A stretch of 64,000 bases of DNA from Azolla caroliniana. Lineage: Eukaryota > Plantae > Polypodiophyta. The notes beneath the pieces were generated by a model that saw nothing but the letters and a program-made list of their open reading frames with translations, was not told the origin of the DNA and made no database searches. Positions 23,765 to 34,020 of the stretch are shown here, in pieces. The stretch is taken from NCBI GenBank assembly GCA_043228905.1, contig JBHGNT010000015.1, positions 11,842,001-11,906,000 of the forward strand. The letters are read 5' to 3'. How positions within the stretch are numbered: position 1 is the stretch's first letter; each line of letters opens with the position of its first letter. A program made the position numbers and the translations under genes.

Positions 23765-24690
23765 CAAACTCTCTAAGATTGCTCCTGCCATCTTGCCATT
23801 GGTAGGTGTTACGTTCTCGGGTCGACTGACTCTGTTGCCCTCGGCCGACTCCTCTTCTATCATCCGACTGGGAGTAGAGCATCTGACCATCGGGTGCATT
23901 GCTCCTTTGTCGGGCATGATTTTCCTCCACCAATAGTATCGACTGAAGGTAAAAAAGGAAGGTGGATTCTCCCTTGCGAGAATGGCTGATCTAATCATGC
24001 CGAATCGAGGTGCTAAGCCACCGAGGCATATTTGCACCATCTTGTCATCATCGATGACGACGTTGATCGATCCAAGGGCGTCACACAACTCCTTGATCTT
24101 CAAAGTATAGCTGGTGATCGACATATCCCTCTATTGCATGTTATTTAACTCCTGTCGGAGTTGGAGCTTTCGTGCAGCCGTATTGGCTGCAAAAATCTTC
24201 TTGAGATTGCCCCAAGCTTCTTTCAGCGTTTTCGACTCTTGAATATAGCCTAACATGTGATCATGAACGCATGATGCAAGGAAATACATACAACACACGG
24301 CTTGCGGCATGCTCCCACGCTGGGTAGTTGGCGTGTGTTGGGTTGGGTTGCATTTCGTGAGCTCCTTCGATATAGCTCCAATAGCCTTGTCTGACAAGGT
24401 ATTGATGCATCGTGTATTCCCAAGATGCAAAGTTTGTCCTCTCGAGCTTCTCCATAGGAAGAGTACTTCCCATATGAGTATTCATGATGTCGATTTCTTT
24501 CTTTGTTGCTTGAACCGGTGAATCTGACGATCGTTGGTGTTGTGACCACAACATAGTTGAGTGACTTTGATAAGATAACCACACACTCTAATGCCATGTA
24601 AAGAAAGTGAGATGTAGGTGGTGCTATGCAACAGAAGCAAACTGTGTGTGTGTGTGTGTGTGTGTGTGAGTACACGTAAGGCAAGAGAGA

Positions 24691-25295
24691 GAAAGAAGAA
24701 AGAACAAAAGAAAGAAATATTAACGTCTTCTAAGGCCAAAATTGGTCCATGAGATAGTTGGTTTACAACAAAATGGGTATTTATCTAATCATCAGAACTA
24801 AAATAAAATAAAGTAAGAATGGAACTTAAGCTAAAAGAGTTCTAGTAGTGTACAAAACGTGGTATACTCAATAAAAGGAAGTGACTTTGCACTAAGCTTA
24901 ATTTCATTTCCACCCAAGCCTCTCGAAAAGAAGTGGGAGGTCAAAGGGTTTTGGTGTGGGTGTGACCCATGGTCTCAGTGTATAGAGTGCCCCAGCCATG
25001 GCTTCTAGGTGGTGTAGCTCACGTTCCCTTATTTTCTTTATTGCTTCTACACCACGTCCAGTTTCTTTGAAACCCAGCATCCAAGGGCGTTTGGTTCTTC
25101 TTTGGTTTTCTGCTTCATCAAGGAAAAGGCCAACTGGTGCAGGTGTGTCGATATTCGTTGTCTCCCCCTGTTCCTGAAAAACTTCATTTGTTACATGTTG
25201 GTGAACATTAGCAACAATATGTCAACATTTTGTAACTTATTCTCTCTGTGTTGTTTTAGCTCTAGGATGTAAATGCCTAATTTCTTTATATCTAG
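24691..25295 (-). mobile_element. 5'-truncated RTEX-like LINE, copy 3 (3' ~600 bp only)
   Basis: Colinear with 7509-8100; degenerate (CTTT)n tail; (GA)n on both sides. Confidence 0.88.
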
Positions 25296-27600
25296 AGAGA
25301 GAGAGAGAGAGAGAGCTTGAACAAGAAGCTGTATTCGTAAAAAATAGAATTACATCCAACAGTAACTAAGTTACAAAAGGTTGGTTTAAATACCAACTGA
25401 TCTAGGGCAAGTGCCCTTTCTACTAATTACAAATCTAGCCTAATATGATGTCCACTGGCTAGTGTCAACAATGTCTCTATTGGAAGTTGAGTTCGATTCT
25501 CAACACGTTGTAATAAGGGTTCTTCTTGAATCTAAAGTCTTGGAGAGAGAGAGTTGTAGGAATAACAAAAGCTTCCACTAAAGCTTAAGTGCGCGTCCAT
25601 ATTTTGTTCATCTGCTTGCCCTCATTCTTGCTGTGTCGTTTGCTGAGCATAGCTCGACAGGTCCTCATACATATTTCCGCACGTATTCGAACACCATAAC
25701 CACCATCTGTCATCCCAAACTTGTAAAGAAGATTGAGGATATAGTGACGTTGGGAGATCACGATGCCGTTAGGAGTCCGAATTTCTTCCATTCATAGAAA
25801 GTAATGGAGCTCCTTCATGTCTTTCATTTTGAATTGGCTGGAGAGGAGCTTCTTGATATGCTCAATATCTGTTACGTGCTCTCCTCCAATGACCAAATCA
25901 TCCACATATATTATTATAAATAACTGTCCTCTAGAGTCGTTCTAGATGAACAGAGAGGTGTCAATCTTGGACATTTTGAAGCTGATTTGTTGAAGATAGT
26001 GGGTTATGTTCGAATGCCATGCTCTTGGTGCCTGCTTGAGGCCGTAGAGAGGCTTTTTGAGCCGGTAGACAGTTGTCAGATGTGTACTCGACTCGAATCC
26101 GGGTGGTTGTACCATGTACACCTCTTCTAACTCGCCTTGGAGAAAGGCGTTCTTCACGTCCATTTGGTGGAGGTGCCACCCTTCGGCTGCTACAAGCGCG
26201 ATCATAGTTTAGATTGTTGTCATCTTTGCCACCGGGGCAAAGGTTTCCTCATAATCGACCCCGTGTGTTTGCACATACCCTTTTGCCACAAGTCGAGCCT
26301 TGTACTGGTTGACGGTGTCGTCGGTGTTGTGCTTCACCTTGAATATCCACCGACATCCAATTGCCTTTTGGTAGGGTGAAGAGGGAACGAGATTCCATGT
26401 CTCGTTTTTGGACAGTGCTTGCATCTCCTCATTCATTGCTTCGACCCATCGCGGGTCCTTCATGGCTTTAGAAAAAGTTTTCGGCTCTCGGCCTGTCGCC
26501 ACCTTCATCAAGAATGCATAATGATATGCCATATTGTCATTGTAGCCGAATCGGCTGATTACGTTCTTCTCTCGTGTGGACCAGCGTGGTTGTTCACTTG
26601 TCTTCGTGAATGCTTTCTCGGCTCCCGGTGTTGTCATGATAGGCACATCCAATCTATCATACTCATTGTCAAGTTGGTGAGCTGATTTGTTTCCATCTGA
26701 GTCTTTGTACTCGGGCATTTGGCCTATCCCTTTGTCTAATTTCAGACTTGGCTGCGACGTGCTATGGTCGCTTGGTGGCTCATGTGGTCCACTCAAACTG
26801 GTTGAGATTGAACTTTCTTCTGGTGTGAGCCTTACTCGATCCTCCTCCTCTGAGTCTTATCGAAATCAGTTTCGATTGGGTCAGATAGAGTTGAGTCCAC
26901 TGTGTACCAGGATGTTGATTCGTCGAATACAACATCCCCACTCACTTGTACCTTCTTGGTAGAGGGGTTGAAACACTTATACCCTTTTTGTTCGAGTGAG
27001 TACCCCACAAGGATACACTTCTCCGATTTTGGATTGAGCTTTTGTTGCTTTTCATTGGGAATGTGTACAAATACGATAGAGCCGAATATCCTTATGTGGG
27101 ATAGGTCCGTCTTCTTTCCATAGAACTTCTCATAGGGGTGACATCGTGCACCGATTCATTAGATAGACGACCATGTTCGCCGCTTCTACCCAATATGATT
27201 TCGGCATATGTTTCTCGTTCATAATTGTCCTTGCTATCTCGAGTATATGCCAATTCTTTCGTTCGACTATTCTGTTCTGTTGAGGTGTGTGTCGGCAGGT
27301 GAACTCCCGCAGAATTCCTTCTTGTTGAAGGTACGTTGTGAAGGCATCAGAGAAATACTCCTTGCCGCCATTCGATCAAAGGCATCAGACATGCTGATTG
27401 GTTGCCTTTTCGACTTCATTTTTGAATTTTTGGAAGTTTGAGAACACTTCACTCTTCCGCCGCATTGGGAATATCTAGGTGTGCCTGAAGAAGTCGTCGA
27501 TGAATGTTAGTCCATCATGGAGAACACCTTCGATTACCCCTCCTGAGTAATTGGGTCAATGTATTGTGGTGTGAAGGAGAATTGGGGTCAAGACGTGTAA

Positions 27601-28017
27601 CATTGTTGCAAAATACTTAGCGTAAAATACATGTAGAATATGTATTCTAAGTATTCTAACTTTAAAAAAAAATACTTAGAATACGTATTTTATAGATAAA
27701 ATACGTTAAATACTTATAATACATGTAGAATACTTAGAATACGTGTAGAATACTTAAATACATGTAGAATAGTAAAATACGTAAAATACTTCTTAAAATT
27801 TAAAGTTTTTTTTTCTTCAAAAAAACATAAATATTTTTTGAAATGATAAATACTTGTTAAATACGTTCAATACGTAGAATACGTCAAATTTTTAGAATAC
27901 GTAGAAGACGTCTAATTTTAAAAAACGGTAGTTCTAAAACATAGAATACATGTAGAATACTTTAGAGTATTCTAGAACGTACTCTAAACATAGAATACAT
28001 GTTTTTCAACAACTATG
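27601..28017. mobile_element. hAT-type non-autonomous element (MITE)
   Basis: 8-bp TSD ACGTGTAA (27593-27600, 28018-28025); imperfect CAT-starting TIRs; many TAGAATAC subrepeats; AT-rich. Confidence 0.75.
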
Positions 28018-28020
28018 ACG

Positions 28021-30424
28021 TGTAAAGATGAATATGCGGAAGCTAAACAGATCTCAACCAGCTCAACCGGATAACAATAGAAATCACAGACTATGGAGTA
28101 CACAGAGTGGTGAGAGAGAGACAGAGAGAGCAAGACAATGAATCTCTATTTTCAAAAAGCTCTATAAAAACTCTTTACATATAAATGTGCATCATAGCAC
28201 TTTTTATACAAATCCTTAAAAGGAATGACAGAAATACTGACAAGTACTTCAATGCTCGTACTGAGCGACATACACTAAATCCGAGAACCATAACTACCTA
28301 GTAGACTAAGAGCATAGGCCTCCAACGGCCTACCGGTTCGCACATGTCCAACTCTCCGATACAGATACCTAGATCCGGCTCACCTTATCAGACACCAATC
28401 CGGCTCTTTATTCCGACTGTTTGCTTATTTAGCCAATCCGGATCATGTTGAGCTTGTTCGCTCAACACTCCCCCTCAAGCTCAACTTGAGGACGAATCAT
28501 AGGGTTAGATGTTGTCGGTCCTTGCCTCCAACTCCTCCCGACATCTTCATGCCTTGCTCGCGCTCCTTGACCCGTTCGGTTCCGCTTTCCATGACCCGTT
28601 CGGTTTTGCGTGCCTCGACCTTCTTGGTTGGCTTGTTTCCTCATAAGGCCCATCTCAACTCCTTTGCTGCTATGACTTCAACGCTTCTTGACCTGTAGGG
28701 TCCTCTATGTCGGTGTCGACTTTTGTTGCCTTCTCGTCCATTTGGCCTTCAAGTGATTCGGCTCTTCCGAATCGAACATTTCGACTGAATTGGATGCCTC
28801 TATTCATTCCCACTCTTGTTTGAATTGGCTGTCTCCAATTCGTCATCTATCTTCATGCCCTTCACCACATCAGACCATGTCTGGCTCTTGGCCTTCATCT
28901 TCCGGTCGGCTTTGTCCTTCTTCACTTTGCCGCCGTTGCGGCTTGTTCCGACTTTATTGGATGTGCCAACTAGTTGAGTCGGTTTCCTTTCTCTTCTTGT
29001 CTCCCCATGTTTCGGTTTCGTTCTCCTTGTCTCTGGCTGCTTCTTTGGTGCCTTTACTTGTCCTCCTAGTTCCAGTTCCGATTCCGGTTCTCCCCCTCAT
29101 GTGTGGCATGTCGAGATGTTGGATGCCAAGCATCTCCGAGAAGTGTTGCAACTTGTCCGATCCGAGTGGCTTGGTGAAGATGTTGGCAACCTGCTGATAC
29201 ATTCGAACATAGCGGAGTTCGACTTCACCGCTCAGGATCCAATCGCGCACAAAGTGATAATGCACTTCTATGTGCTTTGTTCGATCATGGAACACAGGGT
29301 TCTTGGCCAGCTGCGTACTATTGATGTTGTCGTAGTAGATCGGGATCAGAGTCGATACTTTGATTTGGAGGTCCTGCAGCAGTGGCAGAAGCGATATGGC
29401 TTCACAGGTTGACAGAGTCTCAGTGCTCGACAGAGCCACTATCGACTGTTTCTTGTTGCTCCACGTGACAACCGCACTCTCGAGAGAAAACATTAAGCCG
29501 GATGTTGACTGACGATCGGATGCATCCCCAGCCCAGTCAACATCAGTATAACCAACTATCTGTTCGATTATACCATGTCGGTACAATAGTCCCCGATCCT
29601 TAGTGCTGCTCACATATCAAAATAGACAATGCACACATTGAAGGTGCTCGACGATCGGTCAGTGCATAAACATACTTATCACCCCGACCGGATAGCTAAT
29701 GTCGGGTCGGGTGATAGTAAGATATATCAGGCTTTCGACAATTTGTTGGAACCGTTTCTCATTACAGGCCGGTTCAGAGTCAGGACGTAGCTTCTAATTC
29801 CGGTCAAGGGGTGTTGAGACCGGTCGGCAATCAATCATGCCGAACTTGAACAACATATTCAACACATAGTGTCTTTATCACAAAAATATGCCATCGGGGG
29901 TGTGGATCACTTCGATCTCGAGGAAGTAGTGAAGGTTCCCCAGGTCCTTTATCTCAAATTATGCCGCAAGTCGAGACTTCACGCGGCCGATTTCCTCAAA
30001 GTTGGCACTAGTCATCACTAAATCACCGGTGATGATTTCGTGTGGCCAAATTACTTTATGTTGTAAAGTAAAAGACTTACTGGCCCATTCCGACTTTGCC
30101 GGATGAAGAGTGAAGAGTCCGACTTGGATGTAGCAAACCCCATCCGACACAGGCGTTGTGTGATCTTCGCATTCCAAGCATGTGGGGCTTGCTTTAATCC
30201 ATGAAGGGACTTCTTCTATCAGCATACTACCGAAGTATTCAATCCGGACTGAAATCTGTGTGGTTGCACCATGTATACCCGTTCCTCAAGTTCTCCTTGC
30301 AGGAACGCATTCTTCACATCCATCTGGTGCAAATGCCAACCTTTCGTCGCGGTGACTGCAAGCAAGACACAGACGGTTGTCATCTTCGCGACCGGTGTGA
30401 ACGTCTCATCGTAGTCGATCTCGT
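28021..30424 (-). mobile_element. Copia element F, 3' part (LTR 28021-28467, tail region, RNaseH, RT)
   Basis: TGTAAAG..CTCAACA then CTCCCCCTCAAG; ORF 28954-29613 RNaseH; cut by gypsy G. Confidence 0.88.
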
Positions 30425-31698
30425 TGTCGAAGTAGTTGTGGTTCGTGCGATGAAGTCAATGGGACTAAGGTTAAGGGGAGTTGAAGAAACTTTTATAAGG
30501 CTTGTGCACCAATGTTAAGAAGATTAAGGATAAGAAGAATAAATGATTTGTGGGAGAGATATGAGCACAGATAAGAATAGAGACAATGTATGATTGAAGA
30601 AGTGAAAATGTATGATAAGAACAAGCTTTATATTAAGAATACAAGATTTTACCAACTATACAATGCCTGATCGCAAGATGCGACTTTTCTTTGCCAAACG
30701 CCGGCTTTGAACCCTCGACTTCAACTTTGAGAGACAAGACACTTCTTGAATGAACTAGCTTCCTTGATTAATAAATTATTTTATTTCTTACTTTCTCTTC
30801 CTTGATTCTTTCTTTTCCCTTTGATCTTTTTATAAGTGCCCCCATGCATACAATGCATTTGAGGGCACAAGACGTGCATGTGATACATGATAGACATATC
30901 ACTCATTTGAGTTCTCATGTATGAAAATAGACATGGGATAAGTACAATCATGGAAAGAGGGTTCAAGTCGCTTAAATTTTACTCAATACATAAAATATTT
31001 AAGTTTAGTTTTATATTGCGTAGTACGTTTTTTAAAAAAAACAAATAACCTAGGCTAGTGGTATGTACTTTGTAGTTGGTATATAAAGTAATGGGTTCAA
31101 GTCTCCCAAATATTATCGAATACAATATTTAAGTTCATTTTTATATCATGAAGCACATCCTTCACGACACCCACCCCCTCTGAACTTGCACATTGGTTGT
31201 GCAAAGTTCATCCAACACTTTTTCTGTTTCATTTAGTTCTTCTTCTTCTTCATAAAATTCGGGCTCTAGTGACTCCCTCATTTAAAATATTTTAATCCTT
31301 TTTCTCCTGCAATTGGGATACGAATTTTTGTCCTTTCGAATTCATTGAGGAAATATGTGGCCTTATCTATACTTTTCCTAACTTCATAAGGTCCAAACCA
31401 TCTTTTTGCGAACTTCCGAATAGTACTATATTGATTATCTAGGCTACTATGATATACTAATACCCCGTCTCCCTCTTGCACCTTTCTTGGTCGTATTCTT
31501 TTTATCTTGTCAAATCTGTCCTTATTCTTAATTCTTGCGTCTTTTAATCTAGTAGCTACTTCTTCTATGTCTTTTGTCCTAGATTGAAGTTATCATATCC
31601 GAATAGCAAGTAAATCTTCCATACTCATTTCTGATTCCCACGGCAACACATCCCATGTAGTTATCTTTTCTTCAATTGGTATTATTGGCTTCTGTCCT
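30425..31698 (-). mobile_element. Gypsy element G, 3' end (LTR 30425-31169, PPT 31170-31181, integrase C-terminus)
   Basis: TGTCG..CGACA termini; GDGVLVY..KFAKRWFGPYEV (GPY/F motif). Confidence 0.8.
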
Positions 31699-33941
31699 TG
31701 AGCATAAAATTCCCATGACATGGTTCATTCAGTGTTGTGGGGGATTCCGGTTAAGAGGAGAGAAGGAGCCGGATGTGCGTGAACGGGGATGCACACGAAA
31801 TTGCCTTCATGTACAAACATTGTAAATACTCTAGGACTAGTAAGTACTAGGTAGTGTGACTCGGATGGGTACTTTAATGTCCAGTGGAAGTAAGGAATAA
31901 AAGGTATGATAAAAGAGAGAATTAAGGGGAGAAATCGCTGACAGGTACGAGTGTCATTAAGTGTGATGTAACGGCCTCCCCTTGTTCTATAAAGGGGAGG
32001 TTTTTGAATTGTTGGGGGGATATCCACGATTTGGGAGAACGAAGTGCTTTCGGACCGAGCTCTGTTTTTCAGTTTCTTGTTGTGGCATTGCAGGTCTTCT
32101 GTTTCACATTGGTACCCTATGTGCTCCCGATCGGAGGCTCTCTAGTGTTTGCGCGAGCGTGTGTGTAGTGAGCCCAAAGCTCATTTGCTGGTCGCGTCTG
32201 GTTGTAATCTCTTATGTTTCTCTATTAATAATTAATATTCATTGTGCCTTTCTTTGTGTCTGGGTGTTCTCGAGTTGTCTTTATTCCATTCCTGTCGGCA
32301 TGTGCTATCCGAGGTGTGTGAGCCTGTGAACTCATTGCTGCTACCCGACAACTGATCCGGGACAGTATACGTATCTGGGCCCGTGAGCTCATTGTTCGGC
32401 TTCCGGAGACCGATCCGGACCGTATACGTGTCTGGAACCTGATCCGGATAACCTTTCCTCCCTCACCAGCTCCTTGGTCCAAGACCCCAGTGGTCCCACC
32501 ACATACTTGCAGAAAACCGCGACATACTTGGTGAACCTGACATGAAAGGGGGTGGCAAAAGAATTCAAGATGAGGTGGTGCGAGCTTGCTAAACCAATGG
32601 CGGTGGCTATCAACTACCTTCTGAATGCTCATGAAAGCACAAGTGGCCTCGACAGGGCCATCGAAATGATAGCCGGCACGATATGCCGTTTCAACGGAAA
32701 GGACGCGACGAGCTACTTGGAGGCCTACCGGGCCAAAATGATAACGTGGGACATCCCAGAAGACAGGCGGTTGTCCGGATTCCCGCGAGTAGTGACACCA
32801 AGCATCCATGCGGAGGTGCTCGAGGTTTAGGTCAACTATCGAGATTGGACGGAATTCGAGGGTCAGCTCCTCGAAAGGTATGGTTTCGACGACTCACTTC
32901 AATTGTCGAAGTGGGAGTTCATGGAGTGGGTTGAGAGCCCCGAAAAAGGAAGGAATATATCGGTGCTCCTCTAGGAATCCAAAAAGCTATTCGGCCATCT
33001 CTTGGTGTTAGACCAGACCGTGCTTGATATGAGCAAGGTTCTACTATTCATTAAGTCTGTCGATGCGCTTGACTGTGAAAAGGTAGGTCTCCTCTTGGAG
33101 ACGGACGAACGACTCACGACCGACTAGGCCGTGGTCAAGAGAGTTTGCAGCCATTTCGACAAACGACGAGAATGGAACGATGCGGGGTTGTTGACGACCG
33201 ACCCTATTGCTAGGAGGAGGTCGGAGGAACCGATCTTGACTCGAACGGAAGAGATCAGACAGTGGCTTTAGTCGGGCGCAACTCCGAGCAATGTGGTCAC
33301 TGGACCATCCGGGGGCGCAGGTCTGGAGGAGCTGACCAAGATGGTGCGCGATCTCCAGATCGCGCAGGCTCGGAGTGATGGCGGGGGTCAATCGCGTGAT
33401 CGGTAGCCACCGAACGACCTTAGCTGCATGTGGTGCGACGCATGTAGAGAGATTGCGTCAACTTCGCCGACACACTTAAGGGCAATGTGGTGTACCTTTG
33501 GAATGGCCGAGAAGGCCGATCCCTCTAACTGATATGACACCCAGAGCAGACCGAAGAAAAATGACAGAGGTCCGACTGCCTCACAAGAAAGGGCTAAGTT
33601 CCCCTTCATGCATTTTTGTTAACCTTACGACCGGTACAAGGAGCGCGGAATGGGGAAATCATCGGTGGGTTGTAGATAAGTCGAGAGGGAGACGAGACCA
33701 CCAAGATCGATTTGAGCGCACCCAAATCATAGACAAAGCTTGGTGTAGGCGACGATTAGAAGAGATACAGGGAGGGGAGAGGGAGATGAGGGATCAAAAT
33801 ACTAAAAATAAAACTCTACATAACAATAAAACACTAAATAATATTAAAACATACCCATGAGCTTGAGAAAGAGAGAAAGATTAAACAAAACTAATCTTCA
33901 TTAAGATAGGGTTTATAAGGAGATAGGGGAAACGGGAATGG

Positions 33942-33991
33942 CCACGAGCAAACTAGTTTTGCCCCCTATGGGGCTCATCAGTGCTAAGTGG
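33942..33991 (-). ncRNA. Minimal type-I hammerhead ribozyme (G12-to-A change; this copy probably inactive)
   Basis: CCAC-UU-AGCA CUGAUGA GCCCC-AUAG-GGGGC AAAAC-UA-GUU UGCU-C-GUGG: stems I and II pair, palindromic stem III ACUAGU. Confidence 0.8.
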
Positions 33992-34010
33992 ACTTTGGGG
34001 GTTGATGGTG

Positions 34011-34020
34011 TTTATATAGG
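34011..34020 (-). promoter_or_regulatory. TATA box upstream of the hammerhead
   Basis: CCTATATAAA on the minus strand ~20 bp before stem I. Confidence 0.6.

Larger units (their letters stand above)
11503..25505 (-). mobile_element. Copia element D, inserted in the 3' LTR of B
   Basis: 3' LTR 11503-14568 and 5' LTR 24597-25505, both split by LINEs; degenerate PBS 24585-24596; TSD CGTTG/CGTTG; gag-pol fragments 14778-24484. Confidence 0.92.
2179..25705 (+). mobile_element. Copia element B (Tnt1/Tork-like RT), lacking gag/PR/INT; both LTRs split by younger elements
   Basis: 5' LTR 2179-2458 + 9489-9518; PBS-like TGGTACAGAG; RT/RNaseH ~9540-11170; PPT ~11395-11403; 3' LTR 11404-11502 + 25506-25705; TSD TCTGT at 2174-2178 and 25706-25710. 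Confidence 0.9.
888..27504 (-). mobile_element. Copia element A (3' LTR 888-1254; RT/RNaseH 1255-2178, resuming 25706-27504 as RT/integrase); 5' part not found
   Basis: LTR TGTAAAGAAT..CTCAACG then PPT complement TGCCCCCTCAA; RT reading YKFGMT|ECKLIATPLD is split by element B. Confidence 0.85.

Noticed and set aside
31051-31105. Functional tRNA-Pro gene
   Set aside because: Acceptor and T stems do not pair; kept only as a tRNA-derived module.
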